A stretch of DNA of 51,651 nt from contig JADLEH010000148.1 of NCBI GenBank assembly GCA_020846255.1, forward strand, positions 1-51,651, in the 5' to 3' direction. The position numbers were made by a program, and so were the translations under genes. This document shows positions 36,225 through 46,649 of the stretch, piece after piece. Position 1 is the stretch's first letter. Every line of letters begins with the position of its first letter. The notes beneath the pieces are model-generated. The model saw nothing but the letters and a program-made list of their open reading frames with translations, was not told where the DNA came from and did no database searches. Source of the stretch: Propionibacteriaceae bacterium. GTDB taxonomy: Bacteria > Actinomycetota > Actinomycetes > Propionibacteriales > Propionibacteriaceae.

Positions 36225-37568
36225 TCAGTCCCGGTCCTTGCCCTCCTCCTCGAGCAGGCGGGCAAGCTCGGCGTCCAGCTCGTCGGGACCGGCCGGGCGA
36301 TGGCCTTCGGCCGCGAAGCCGAGCGGGTCGGCGAGGTCGGCCGCGGTCGGCAGCAGGTCGGGGTGCGCCCAGGTGGCGTCGCGTGCCTCCGAGCCCCGTG
36401 CGGCTCTCGTCGCTGCCCACAGGTTGGCCGCGTCCCGGGTGCGGCGCGGACGCAACTCGAGGCCGACCAGCGACTTGAGCGCCGACTCGGCCGGGCCACC
36501 GGTCGCGCGGCGACGCCGAAGAGTCTCGGTGAGGCCTGCGGCCGCCGGCATCCTCTGCCCGGCCACCTGGGAGACCACCTCGTCGACCCAGCCCTCCACG
36601 AGGGCCAGCAGGGTCTCCAGGCGGGCCAGCACCTCGCGCTGCTCGTCGGTCAGCTGGGGGGCGAACAGCGACCCGGCAAGGGCGTTCCCGGCGTTCTCGA
36701 GCTCGCCGGCCGTCATCGCCGTGTTCAGCTGGCTCTCGATGGCCTGCTCGAGCGCTTCCGGATCGATCGTGATCTCCCGGGCGTAGTGCTCGACCAGCGC
36801 GAGCAACTGCGGGCCGAGCCAGGGGACGGCGGCGAAGAGCCGTTGCCTCGCAGCCTCCCGGACGGCCAGGAACAGCAGGATGTCGGCCGGGGCGGCCGCG
36901 AGCCCTTCTGCGAAGGCTTCGACGTTGGTCGGCAGCAGTGCTACGCCCGGGTCGGTCAGGGGGAGCCCGATGTCGCCGGCGCTCACCACCGTGCTGGCCA
37001 GGCTGCCGAGGGACTGACCCACCTGGGCTGCGAACATGCCGGCGAGGGCCATCCGAAGCATCGGTTCCGCCGCCCGCATCTCGCCGGGGCCGTCCATCAT
37101 GCCGCGCAACGCTGCTGACAGCTGGGTCACGACCGGACGCACCAGCTGCTGCCAGGTCGGGTAGGTGTGGTCGACCCACTGGCCCCGGCTCCAGGCGGTT
37201 GCCGGCGCGCTCAGCCTCGGGAAGTTGATCTCCTCGTCCAGCCACAGGTCGGCGAGGCCGGTGGCATCCCGGACGCGATCGAGCTGGGCGGCGGTCGGCT
37301 GCGGGTCGGGCCCGGCGGCAGCGGTCAACCGGCGGACGACGTCCTTGGTGAAGCCCCAGTTCATCCCGCTGTCGCTGTCGGACTTACCGAAGCTGGCCAT
37401 CTGGCTGGTGAAGGCGCTCATCATGCCCTGCATCCGGCCGAGGAGCTGCTCGATGTCGAGCCGTCCGTCCGGGCCGGGCGCGATGCCGAACTGGGCAAGG
37501 AACCGCAGCAGGGCCTCCTCATCGTCGCCAGGTTCCTGGCGGTCCTCGGGATTGCCCGGATCGGTCAT
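36225..37568 (-). CDS. Zincin-like metalloprotease family protein (DUF2342 type)
   Basis: LADLWLD, RLETLLALVEGWVD, RRRRATGGPAE, LVGLELRPR, WAHPDLLP. Confidence 0.85.
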   Translation of the reverse strand: MTDPGNPEDRQEPGDDEEALLRFLAQFGIAPGPDGRLDIEQLLGRMQGMMSAFTSQMASFGKSDSDSGMNWGFTKDVVRRLTAAAGPDPQPTAAQLDRVRDATGLADLWLDEEINFPRLSAPATAWSRGQWVDHTYPTWQQLVRPVVTQLSAALRGMMDGPGEMRAAEPMLRMALAGMFAAQVGQSLGSLASTVVSAGDIGLPLTDPGVALLPTNVEAFAEGLAAAPADILLFLAVREAARQRLFAAVPWLGPQLLALVEHYAREITIDPEALEQAIESQLNTAMTAGELENAGNALAGSLFAPQLTDEQREVLARLETLLALVEGWVDEVVSQVAGQRMPAAAGLTETLRRRRATGGPAESALKSLVGLELRPRRTRDAANLWAATRAARGSEARDATWAHPDLLPTAADLADPLGFAAEGHRPAGPDELDAELARLLEEEGKDRD

Positions 37569-37692
37569 TTGGTGGCTCCTTGCTCGGCGACGCCTCCATT
37601 GTCCAGCACCGGCCAAGCCTCGCGATGCCTGCTGGGGTAGGGTCGTTGCGAGCCAATGGACGGCCGGCCGGATCGGCCGATGGAGGGTGGAT

Positions 37693-38748
37693 GTGACCAG
37701 ACAGACCTGGACGGCGACCGTCTCGGCCGTGCTGTTCGTGGTGCTGGCCGCAGTGATCGCACTGGTCCAGGTGCCGTACGTGACCTGGTCGCCGGGAGCC
37801 ACCCACGACCTCTTCGCCCAGAACGCCGGCCAGGACACCATCGCCATCACCGGCGCGGACACCTATCCGACGTCCGGCCAGATGCGGATGACCACCGTGG
37901 CCGTGACCGCCCCGAACAGCACCCTCAGCCTGCCCGAGGTGTTGTTCTCCTACTGGCTGCCGTCGCGCGAGGTGCTGCCGCGGAACGCTGTCTACCGCCC
38001 CGGCGAGGGCACCCCGGAGATCTCCGAGGAGGAGAGCCAGATGATGGACGACTCGCAGTCGATGGCCGTGGTGGCCGCGCTGCGCCAGTCGGGCATCGAG
38101 GTCACGAACTGGCCGATGGTCACCTCGGTCTCCAACTCCGGACCGTCGGCCGACATCCTCCAGCCCGGCGACCTGATCGTCGCCGTCGACGGGAAGACCA
38201 CCGCAGACGTCCAGGCCGTCCAGCAGATCATCAGCGAGCACCACGTCGGCGATCCGGTGGTGTTCACCGTGCAGCGCCCCGGCGAGAAGCAGCGCCTCCG
38301 ACCAACCGTCATCACCAGGGCGACCGTGAACAACCCGAAGAAGCCGATCGTCGGGATCATGATGTCGATCGGCTACAGCTACTCACCCGACGTGAAGTTC
38401 GCGATCGACCCCTCGATCGGTGGCTCCAGCGCCGGCCTGATGTTCTCCCTCGCCATCCACGACCTGCTGACCAGTGCCGACCTGGCCGCCGACCGGGTGA
38501 TCGCCGGCAGCGGGACCATGGACTCCGAGGGCCGGGTGGGCGCAGTCGGTGGCGTCCAGGAGAAGATCGCCGCCGCCGTCCGTGACCGGGCCACGATCTT
38601 CCTGCTCCCCAAGGCCAACTGCAGCGACGTCGGCGATGTGCCCAAGGGGCTGCGGGTGGTTCCGGTCGACTCGCTGGCCCGCGCCACCGAGGCCCTCCAG
38701 AAGCTGGCCGACCCGGCGCTGGCCGCATCCGTGCCGGAGTGCCCGTGA
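37693..38748 (+). CDS. PDZ-domain Lon-like (S16) membrane protease, YlbL type
   Basis: N-terminal TM, PDZ (LQPGDLIVAVDG), GGSSAGLMF Ser and GGVQEK Lys dyad; SD GGAGGG. Confidence 0.88.
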   Translation: MTRQTWTATVSAVLFVVLAAVIALVQVPYVTWSPGATHDLFAQNAGQDTIAITGADTYPTSGQMRMTTVAVTAPNSTLSLPEVLFSYWLPSREVLPRNAVYRPGEGTPEISEEESQMMDDSQSMAVVAALRQSGIEVTNWPMVTSVSNSGPSADILQPGDLIVAVDGKTTADVQAVQQIISEHHVGDPVVFTVQRPGEKQRLRPTVITRATVNNPKKPIVGIMMSIGYSYSPDVKFAIDPSIGGSSAGLMFSLAIHDLLTSADLAADRVIAGSGTMDSEGRVGAVGGVQEKIAAAVRDRATIFLLPKANCSDVGDVPKGLRVVPVDSLARATEALQKLADPALAASVPECP

Positions 38749-39242
38749 GTGACGTGCTGGTCGCAGCGCTGGTCGAGGTGGAGCGGTACGTCGGACGTTC
38801 CGGGTGGGACCAGCCGGCCCGACTGTTCGCCCTTGTCCCGACCGCTGAACTGATCGCTGCCGAGCCCGGCCTCGCCGAGCAGCTGACCGGTGCGACCGAC
38901 GGCTACAGCTCGATCGAGCAGGAGGACTTCCGGCCGGGTGAGGACCTGGCCGAAACCCTGGCCGGCATCGCCTGGCCCTTGACGGTTGCCGGCTGCGTGC
39001 TCGCCCTCGAAAAGTCCTTCCTGCCGGCCGACGCCGAGGTGGACCTGCCGGCCGACCGGGATGCTGCTGCGCTGGCGGTCGCCACCCACCCGCGTCGCCT
39101 CGACCTGCGGGTCGTCGTCGGCGTCACCAGGGACGGCGCCAGCCATGGCCTGGCCCGGGTGCGCGGTGAGGACGGCGACCTCCTCGGCGGGGCCGAGCTC
39201 GTGCCGGCGCTGGCTGTGGCGCTGGCGCATACATTGGATTAA
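38745..39242 (+). CDS. PPA1309 family protein
   Basis: EVERYV...GWDQPARLFALV, LAGIAWP..V.GC, HPRR..LR.VVGV.RDG. Confidence 0.85.
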   Translation: MSDVLVAALVEVERYVGRSGWDQPARLFALVPTAELIAAEPGLAEQLTGATDGYSSIEQEDFRPGEDLAETLAGIAWPLTVAGCVLALEKSFLPADAEVDLPADRDAAALAVATHPRRLDLRVVVGVTRDGASHGLARVRGEDGDLLGGAELVPALAVALAHTLD

Positions 39243-39281
39243 CCGAGGCGGCCGTTCGACGCGGCCCGATGAGGAGTGCAA

Positions 39282-42182
39282 GTGAGCGTGGCGTCCCGGA
39301 TAACGCGGCGAGGGCCGCTGGTGCCGACGGTCCTGGTGATCGCAGCACTGGTTGCGGCCTTCACGATCTTCGCCGAGTTGTGGACCCAGAAACTGTGGTT
39401 CGACTCGGTTGCCTTCCCCCAGGTGTTCACCACCCAGCTCCTCGCCCAGGTGCTGCTGTTCTTCGTGTTCTTCCTGCTCATGGGCGGCATCGTCGGGCTG
39501 AACATGTGGATCGCCTACCGGCTGCGGCCCACCACCCGGCGCACCGGCCAGAGCGCGGTCCTTGACCGGTACCGGGACCTGCTGGAGTCGCGGGTGCTGC
39601 TCGCGATCCTCGTGCCGTCGGTCTTCTTCGGCATGGTCGCCGGCATCTCGGCCCTGAGCCAGTCGATGGACTACCTCGCCTGGTGGAACCGCACCCCGTT
39701 CGGCGTCACCGACCCCTACTTCGGGCTCGACGTCGGTTTCTACGTCTTCGAGTACCCGATCTGGCAGGACCTGCTGTCGTTCATCCTCGGGGCGTTGTTC
39801 TTCGGCCTCGTGGCCGCGGCCGCCGTCCACTTCGCCGTCGGCGGGATCGCCTCCGGCCGGGTCCGTGGCCGGGGAGTGCGCGACAACGCTGCCCGGATCC
39901 ACCTCTCGGTGCTGGCCGGGCTGATGCTGATCGCCTACGGTCTGCAGAACCTGCTGGACCGCTACGGCTTCCTGCTGAACCAGGGCACGCTGTTCACCGG
40001 CATGCACTACACCGACGCGCACGCCCGGTTGACGGCCAAGCTGGTGATGGCTGTGATCGCCTTCCTTTGCGCCGGACTGTTCTTCGCCAACGGGTTCCTG
40101 CGCCGCTGGACGCTCGCCGTCACGGGGCTGGTCCTGATGGTGGTCTCCGGGCTGATCATCGGCCTGGTCTACCCGCTGATCGTGCAGAGCTTCCAGGTGA
40201 AGCCGAACGAGCCCGACCTGGAGCGGCCCTACATCCAGGCGCACATCGATGCGACCCGGCAGGCCTACGACATCGACCACACCGAGGTGACCCAGTACGA
40301 CGCCGTGACGCAGGTGCGTCCCGGCCAGCTGAAGGAGGACGCCGCGGCCCTGCCGGGAATCCGGCTGATGGACCCGGCCGTGGTGGCGCCGACGTTCGAG
40401 AACCAGCAGCAGTTGCGCGGCTACTACACCTTCCCGGAAGCCCTTGACGTCGACCGCTACATCATCGACGGCACGGAGACCGACGCGGTGGTCGCCGCCC
40501 GCGAGATCGACTACCAGAAGCTGCCGGACCAGAACTGGAACAACCTGCACACGGTCTACACCCACGGCTACGGCATGGTGGCCGCCTACGGCAACCGGCG
40601 CAGCTCGTCCGGCGACCCGGTGTGGATCGAGAAGAACCTGCCTCCGGAGGGCGCCCTGCCCGACTACGAGGGCCGGATCTACTTCGGCGAGTACGCGACC
40701 ACGTTCGCCATCGTCGGCCGGGAGACCGGCCAGCCCGCGATCGAGTTCGACAGCCCGGGCGGTGTCCAGGAGGCCGGCGAGGTGAACAACACCTATGCCG
40801 GTGCCGGCGGGGTGCCGATGGGTGACCTCTTCACCAGGCTGCTCTACTCCGCGCACTTCATGGACCTGAACATCCTGCTCTCCGACCGGGTGAACAGCCA
40901 GTCGAAGATCCTCTACGACCGCACCCCCAAGGAGCGGGTCGCCCAGGTCGCCCCGTGGCTCACCCTCGACTCCAACGTGTACCCGGCTGTCGTCGACAAC
41001 CGGCTGGTCTGGATCGTCGACGGCTACACCACCAGCCGGAACTACCCCGGCAGCCAGGTGCAGTCGCTGCAGGACACCACCAACGACGCCCAGTCCAACC
41101 TGGTCGGCACCCAGCAGGACCTCCCGATCAACTACCTGCGGAACTCGGTCAAGGCCGTCGTCGACGCCAGCGACGGCACGGTCGACCTGTACGCCTGGCA
41201 GGAGGCCGACCCGATCCTGAACGCCTACCAGAAGGCCTTCCCGGGCACCGTGCGGCCGCGCAGCGAGATCACCCCGGACCTGATGGCCCACCTGCGCTAC
41301 CCGGAGGACCTGTTCAAGGTGCAGCGTCAGGTGCTGACCCGCTACCACATGACCGACCCGAACTCCTGGTTCCAGAAGTCCGACCTGTGGCAGGTCCCGC
41401 CTGACCCGACGACCCAGACCACCCCCGGCCAGACGGCGGAGGCGACCAAGGCCGGCCCGGCCGAGCCGCCGTACTACCTGTCGATCAAGTGGCCCGGCGA
41501 CGAGGCCCCGGTGTTCAGCCAGACCGCCGTCTTCGTCCCCAACGGCAGGGCGAACCTCGCCTCCTACCTGTCGGTGGTCGCCGAGGCGACCAGTCCCGAC
41601 TACGGGCGGCTACGGGTGCTGCGCATGTCCGACACCCAGCAGATCGCTGGCCCGGGGCAGACCCTGAACGCGATGACCACAGACCAGAAGTTCGCCGACG
41701 AGCTCCGCTCCTACCTGAACCAGGGGTCGGCAGCGGCCAGGTACGGCAACCTGCTGACCCTGCCGATGGGCAGCGGCCTGCTCTACGTCATGCCGATCTA
41801 CACCACCCGGGAGGCCAGCACCGGCACCGGCACCTACCCGGCGCTGCGGTTCGTCGCCGTCCGGTTCGGTGAGCACGTCGGCATCGGCAACACCCTGCAG
41901 GAGGCCTTGGACCAGGTGTTCGTCGGGGATGCCGGCGCCGAGACCGGCGAGGACCCGGGCGAGGCGCCCACCGAGCCCACCGAGCCGACCGAGCCGAACA
42001 ACCCGACCGAGCCCACGGCGGCCGACCGTCAGGCAGCGGTGGTGCTGATGCAGAAGGCTGAGGTGGCCTTCGACGCCGCGGACGAGGCCCTCCGCAAGGG
42101 CGACCTGGCCGGCTACCAGACCCAGATCGCTGCGGCGAAGGCTGCGGTGGCAGAGGCCTTGTCGAAGCTGGGCGCCCGGTAG
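39282..42182 (+). CDS. UPF0182 family membrane protein
   Basis: Multi-TM N-terminus, DPYFGLDVGFYVF, HTVYTHGYG, NYLRNSVKAVVDA, HLRYPEDLFKVQ. Confidence 0.92.
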   Translation: MSVASRITRRGPLVPTVLVIAALVAAFTIFAELWTQKLWFDSVAFPQVFTTQLLAQVLLFFVFFLLMGGIVGLNMWIAYRLRPTTRRTGQSAVLDRYRDLLESRVLLAILVPSVFFGMVAGISALSQSMDYLAWWNRTPFGVTDPYFGLDVGFYVFEYPIWQDLLSFILGALFFGLVAAAAVHFAVGGIASGRVRGRGVRDNAARIHLSVLAGLMLIAYGLQNLLDRYGFLLNQGTLFTGMHYTDAHARLTAKLVMAVIAFLCAGLFFANGFLRRWTLAVTGLVLMVVSGLIIGLVYPLIVQSFQVKPNEPDLERPYIQAHIDATRQAYDIDHTEVTQYDAVTQVRPGQLKEDAAALPGIRLMDPAVVAPTFENQQQLRGYYTFPEALDVDRYIIDGTETDAVVAAREIDYQKLPDQNWNNLHTVYTHGYGMVAAYGNRRSSSGDPVWIEKNLPPEGALPDYEGRIYFGEYATTFAIVGRETGQPAIEFDSPGGVQEAGEVNNTYAGAGGVPMGDLFTRLLYSAHFMDLNILLSDRVNSQSKILYDRTPKERVAQVAPWLTLDSNVYPAVVDNRLVWIVDGYTTSRNYPGSQVQSLQDTTNDAQSNLVGTQQDLPINYLRNSVKAVVDASDGTVDLYAWQEADPILNAYQKAFPGTVRPRSEITPDLMAHLRYPEDLFKVQRQVLTRYHMTDPNSWFQKSDLWQVPPDPTTQTTPGQTAEATKAGPAEPPYYLSIKWPGDEAPVFSQTAVFVPNGRANLASYLSVVAEATSPDYGRLRVLRMSDTQQIAGPGQTLNAMTTDQKFADELRSYLNQGSAAARYGNLLTLPMGSGLLYVMPIYTTREASTGTGTYPALRFVAVRFGEHVGIGNTLQEALDQVFVGDAGAETGEDPGEAPTEPTEPTEPNNPTEPTAADRQAAVVLMQKAEVAFDAADEALRKGDLAGYQTQIAAAKAAVAEALSKLGAR
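41968..42017 (+). repeat. Intragenic 9-bp tandem repeat (PTE)n linker
   Basis: cccaccgag/ccgaccgag units encoding PTEPTEPTEPNNPTEPT. Confidence 0.7.
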
Positions 42183-42183
42183 G

Positions 42184-43521
42184 TCAGGGCTTCAGCGTCA
42201 CCGACCAGCCGGCTGCCACCAGCGGGCCACGGAGAGCTGCGGCGTCGCCGACGACAACGAGAGTCAGTGCGTCGGGGGGCAGCAGTTCTGCGACCGCCTG
42301 GGTGGCCGAATCCGGCGTCACCCTGGTCAGCGCCACGGCATTGGAGTTGATGAACTCCGTGCTCAGCCCTGCGGCCACCAGGGACGCGATGCGTTCGGTG
42401 ACCCCCTGGGCGGTGGAGTACCGCAACGGCGAGATGCCGTTGGCGTACTGGACGGCGTCGGTGACCTCTGCGGCGGTGATCGGCCGGCCGGTGACGTCCA
42501 GCAGCTTCCTGGCCAGGTCGAGCGCCTCCGGCACGACCTCGGTCCGGAACGACCCCTGGACGGCCAGCAGGCCGCCGTCGCGCATCGGCGAGTTCACCAG
42601 GTGCACGCCGTAGGTGAAGCCCTTCTCCTCCCGCAGGACGCGGTTCAGCCGGCTGAGGAAGGCGCCGCCGAGGGCATGGGTGCCCACCTGGAGGTCGGCC
42701 CAGCGGGGGTCACCCCGGTCGATGCCGAACCCACCGAGCCGGATGTCGGCCTGAACGGCTCCCGGCCGGTCGATCAGCCAGCAGTGCGGCCGGCGGGGGA
42801 CCGGCGTCTGGTGATGGATGACGGGGGTCCCGGGCACCTGCCAGCCACCGAAGGCTGCCGCGGCGTTGTCGAAGACGGCGTTCGTCAGGTCCCCGGAGAT
42901 CACCAGCGTTGCACCGTCGGGGCGGTAGTAGCGGCTGTGGAAGGCCACCACGTCCTCGCTGGTGATGGCAGCGACGGTCTCGGCGGTGCCGCCGGCCATC
43001 CGGGAGGCCCGGAAGCGGCTCGAGATACAGGCTGCCCGGAACGCCACCTGGGCCCGGTTGGCGGAGTTGGCGAGGGTGTGGTCGATCTCGGCCAGCCGCA
43101 GGAGCTGCAACCGGCGGACGTCGTCGGGCCGGAGTTCCGGCTCGCGGAGCGCATCGGCCAGCAGCGCCAACGCCTGGTCCAGCCGGTCGGCCGGAACCTC
43201 GAGCAACAGGTCGCTGGCGGAGTAACCGGCCGAACCGCTGAGAACGGCACCGATGTCCTCAAGGCGTTCGGCGAAGGCCGGACCGGGATTGCTGGTGGTG
43301 CCCTCGTCCAGGCAGCGCTGGGTGATGGTGGCCACGCCTTCGACGTCGCCCGGCTCGGCGCTGAGGGGAGTGTCCAGCACCAGGGACACAGCTGCGACGT
43401 GCTGTCCCGGCCGGTGGCAGGCCAGCACCTGCATGCCGTTGTCGAGCCACAGTCGGGCGGGTTCGGGGAAGAACCAGCGCGGCGGCGCCTTCACCTCCGG
43501 GCGGTGGTCAGGCCTGCGCAT
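42184..43521 (-). CDS. M16 family peptidase, non-catalytic subunit
   Basis: LDNGMQV, LGGAFLSRLNRVLREEKGFTYG; lacks HxxEH. Confidence 0.85.
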   Translation of the reverse strand: MRRPDHRPEVKAPPRWFFPEPARLWLDNGMQVLACHRPGQHVAAVSLVLDTPLSAEPGDVEGVATITQRCLDEGTTSNPGPAFAERLEDIGAVLSGSAGYSASDLLLEVPADRLDQALALLADALREPELRPDDVRRLQLLRLAEIDHTLANSANRAQVAFRAACISSRFRASRMAGGTAETVAAITSEDVVAFHSRYYRPDGATLVISGDLTNAVFDNAAAAFGGWQVPGTPVIHHQTPVPRRPHCWLIDRPGAVQADIRLGGFGIDRGDPRWADLQVGTHALGGAFLSRLNRVLREEKGFTYGVHLVNSPMRDGGLLAVQGSFRTEVVPEALDLARKLLDVTGRPITAAEVTDAVQYANGISPLRYSTAQGVTERIASLVAAGLSTEFINSNAVALTRVTPDSATQAVAELLPPDALTLVVVGDAAALRGPLVAAGWSVTLKP

Positions 43522-44803
43522 CGGCTTCCTCCTGGTGGTAGTCGAGTTGGGCCCGCTGTTCGGGCTGGAGGTAGGTGGCGCAGGCCTCGGCCACCTGGTC
43601 GAGAGTCACTGCCTCCACTTCGGCGAGCCGGTGGTTGATCCGCTCCGGGTCGGCGTGGAGGGTGGCGTAGGCGCCGATCAGGTCGGCCCTTGAGTCGAAG
43701 CCGGCCAGCTCGCTGAGCCATTCCCGCGCGAACTGGGCCTTCGCGCGATCCAGTTCCACCAGGGTGGGGCCCTGCGCTGCGAGCTTTGCCACTTCGGTGA
43801 GGGCTGCCTCGGTCGCTGCTCCGGCGTCGGCTCCCGGCAGGGCGCGGATCTGGGCGAGGCCGAGCGAGTTGCCCCCGATCAGCGGCAGCGCGGACGCGCC
43901 CGCACCCGCAGCGACGCCGAGATTGCGGACGAGTTGCTGGTGCAGCCGGGAGGTCTGCCCGCCGCCGAGCGCAGCCAGCGCGAGCTCGCAGGCGTCGAAG
44001 CCCGGTGTGTCGCGCGGGGGCAGGCGCCAGGCGAACCAGGTGGCTGCCGCCGGGACCCGGCCGCTGACCCGCTGTCGCGGGATGCCGGCCAGTGGCGGCA
44101 GCTGGCGACCTGTCGGGCGGGTCCGGCGGTTCCAGGCCGGGAGGTGGCCGAAGGCCCGTTCGGCCCGCTTGAACCCGTCCTTCGGGTTGACGTCGCCCAC
44201 CATGGTGAGGACGGCGTTGTCGGGCCGGTAGTGGTTGCGGAAGAAGTTGGCGGCACGCTCGGCTGTGGCGCCGTCGAGGTCAGCCATCGACCCGATGGTG
44301 GTGTGCCCGTAGGGATGGTCCGGGCCGAAGGCGAGGGCGACCAGATGGTTCATCGCGTCGCCGTAGGGCACGTTGTCGTACCGCTGGCGCTTCTCCTCCT
44401 TGACCACTTCACGCTGCGTGTCGACGCTGGCGTCGTCCAGGTGCGCCGGGAGGGTCGCCAGCCGGTCGGCCTCCATCCACAGGGCCAGGTCCAGGGCCCC
44501 GACCGGCAGGGTTTCGAAGTAGTTGGTGCGGTCGAACCAGGTGGTTGCGTTGACCGCTCCGCCGATGGCCTGCAGTGCGTTCAGGTGCTCTCCGGTGGCG
44601 ACGTGCTCCGAGCCGGAGAACATCAGGTGCTCGAACAGGTGGGCCCAGCCGTACTCGCCGGGCCGCTCGTCACGGGAGCCGACGTCGTACCAGAGGTTCA
44701 CAGCCACGATCGGGACACTGTGGTCTGGGCTGACGACAACCCGCAACCCGTTGGCGAGGGTGCGCTGCGAGATCGGATAGTTCAGTTGTTCCGCCGTTGC
44801 CAC
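43508..44803 (-). CDS. M16 family zinc peptidase, catalytic subunit
   Basis: WYDVGSRDE, AHLFEHLMF (HxxEH), NATTWFDRTNY, VVKEEKRQR. Confidence 0.9.
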   Translation of the reverse strand: MATAEQLNYPISQRTLANGLRVVVSPDHSVPIVAVNLWYDVGSRDERPGEYGWAHLFEHLMFSGSEHVATGEHLNALQAIGGAVNATTWFDRTNYFETLPVGALDLALWMEADRLATLPAHLDDASVDTQREVVKEEKRQRYDNVPYGDAMNHLVALAFGPDHPYGHTTIGSMADLDGATAERAANFFRNHYRPDNAVLTMVGDVNPKDGFKRAERAFGHLPAWNRRTRPTGRQLPPLAGIPRQRVSGRVPAAATWFAWRLPPRDTPGFDACELALAALGGGQTSRLHQQLVRNLGVAAGAGASALPLIGGNSLGLAQIRALPGADAGAATEAALTEVAKLAAQGPTLVELDRAKAQFAREWLSELAGFDSRADLIGAYATLHADPERINHRLAEVEAVTLDQVAEACATYLQPEQRAQLDYHQEEADAQA

Positions 44804-44889
44804 GTTCCCAATCTCACCACATCGACCAACCCTGCTTCACCACGGACCGATCCGGGTGACCGGCTGCACCCGGTCCGCTGCAGCGGTCC

Positions 44890-45978
44890 TCAGCGCCGCC
44901 AGCCCGACTTGGTGTCGATCCTCACCACCGAAGGCGGACCGGTGATCCCGGTGGCCGCGTAGAGGCTGCCGCCACGGCCGGCCTCGATGGCCAGCGCGCC
45001 GGGCAGGGGCAGGTACTCGGCCACCGCACCGTGCCTGATCACCGAGATCCGCCCTGCGAACAGCTCGGCGACGTACAGCCTGCCGCCGGAGATGGCCAGG
45101 TTGGTTGGGCCGAGCAGGCCGCCGGCAACCTCCTTGACCTTGCCGGTCCACGGGTTCACGCGGAACACCTTGCCGCGGGCGCCGAGGCTGGGATCCTCAG
45201 GTCCGCCGGGAAGGGTGGTCACGTAGAGGAAGCCGTCACCGCCCACCTCCACGTCGGTCGGCACGGCCTCGAACCGGTAGGTCACCCCCACCACGCAGTC
45301 GGCCAACCCGAGGGCTCCGGCCGCTTCTGCCGTGATCTTCGCGGCGTGGGCCGGCAGCACGGCCAGGGTGGAGACGTCCCCGGACCGGTTCACCCGCAGC
45401 AGGGCGTTGGAGCCGGCATCGGCCACGACGAAGCCCCGGCCAAGGGCTGCGACCGAGTAGGCGTGGGAGTCGACGATCCCGGTGTAGCTCACCGGCAAGC
45501 CGATCCTGGTCAGCTCATCGGTGACGCACTGGGTGGGGTTCTCCACGCCATAGCTGACGGCGCCGTCAGGATTGTTCGTGGTCTCGTGGGCGAGCGTGTC
45601 GGCCTGCGCCTGGTAGCCGCGTGGCCCGGTGATGGTCAGCCCGCTGGCGGTGATGCCTTCCGGGCCGCCGTCCGTGGTGGTGTAGGCGAGGTACTTGCCG
45701 TTGCCGGACAGCGCGAGCCCGGAGGCCCCGGTCACCCCGCTGACGACGGTCTTGACGGTTCCGTCCGCCTTCACCTTGCCGATTAGGCCCGGGCCGCCGT
45801 CGGCGACCCAGACCTTGTCACCGCGTACCTCGAGATTGAACGGCGCACCGACGGCAGTGGTCAAGACGGTGGTCTTCGGCTCGGCCTTGTGGCTGTGCGC
45901 CCCGGCAGGGACGCTTACGATCAGGCTGACTCCGGCAGCGAGGGCCGTGGTCGCGATGAGGATACGAGCTACCCGCAC
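44890..45978 (-). CDS. Secreted ScyD/ScyE-family beta-propeller protein
   Basis: Signal-peptide-like start; VADAGSNALL, EAVPTDV..G.DG.LYV..LPGGPE; start position approximate. Confidence 0.75.
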   Translation of the reverse strand: MRVARILIATTALAAGVSLIVSVPAGAHSHKAEPKTTVLTTAVGAPFNLEVRGDKVWVADGGPGLIGKVKADGTVKTVVSGVTGASGLALSGNGKYLAYTTTDGGPEGITASGLTITGPRGYQAQADTLAHETTNNPDGAVSYGVENPTQCVTDELTRIGLPVSYTGIVDSHAYSVAALGRGFVVADAGSNALLRVNRSGDVSTLAVLPAHAAKITAEAAGALGLADCVVGVTYRFEAVPTDVEVGGDGFLYVTTLPGGPEDPSLGARGKVFRVNPWTGKVKEVAGGLLGPTNLAISGGRLYVAELFAGRISVIRHGAVAEYLPLPGALAIEAGRGGSLYAATGITGPPSVVRIDTKSGWRR

Positions 45979-46153
45979 TTGGGCCTCCGAGGGTGTGGAA
46001 TCGGGCGCAGGCCCCTGGCGGCGATGCCTGCAGGAGCAATCGTCCGACGCCGTCGGGCCGGTCGATATACGCAACCTTGCCAAACGGCACGGCGGCTGCC
46101 GTCCGTTCCAGGTCAGCCGCGCTGGCATCGGCCACGGCACTACCATCCTGACC

Positions 46154-46645
46154 ATGACCGATGCAGCGGAGCCGCTGGACTGGCGTGCGGTGCTGGCCCT
46201 GCTGGCGAACGCCGAGACACGTGCGGCCCTGGCCGAACTGGCGCTGGCCACGCCGCTGCCCGCGAGGACCCGGGAGGTTGCCCTCGGCAAGCTGGCTGCC
46301 GCCGGACTGGTCGAGTCCGGTCCCGACGGGCACCCAAGGGTTGCAGAAGCCAGGCTGCGGGCCACCCTGCGGCAGTCGGCGCCGCCGCCGGCCACCGGTC
46401 CCCAGCGCTTCCTCTCCCGGGACGGCAGGATCACCGACTATCCGGCTCGGGCTGCCGACCGGGCAGCCCTGCTCCAGCTCATCGCTGCCAGGGCGGTCGG
46501 CCCGGGGGAGTCGCTGCCGGAACGGGAGTTGGGCGAACGTCTGGCGCGGTTCACCGACGACGTCGCCACGCTGCGGCGCTACCTGGTCGACGCCGACCTG
46601 CTCACCCGGCTCGGGGACGGCTCCGGCTACCGGCTGGCCCGTTGA
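46154..46645 (+). CDS. DUF2087 domain protein
   Basis: C-terminal DDVATLRRYLVDADLL.R..DGSGY; TACCAT -10 lies 7 nt before the ATG. Confidence 0.8.
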   Translation: MTDAAEPLDWRAVLALLANAETRAALAELALATPLPARTREVALGKLAAAGLVESGPDGHPRVAEARLRATLRQSAPPPATGPQRFLSRDGRITDYPARAADRAALLQLIAARAVGPGESLPERELGERLARFTDDVATLRRYLVDADLLTRLGDGSGYRLAR

Positions 46646-46649
46646 GCCG

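Noticed and set aside
38379-41348. 989-aa antisense ORF, and similar long ORFs such as 15869-18454 and 10078-11787
   Set aside because: Typical high-GC shadow frames over genes with clear family motifs; they contain no recognisable domains.
42170-42200. tRNA gene often found after UPF0182
   Set aside because: Only 1 nt separates the convergent genes; there is no tRNA sequence.
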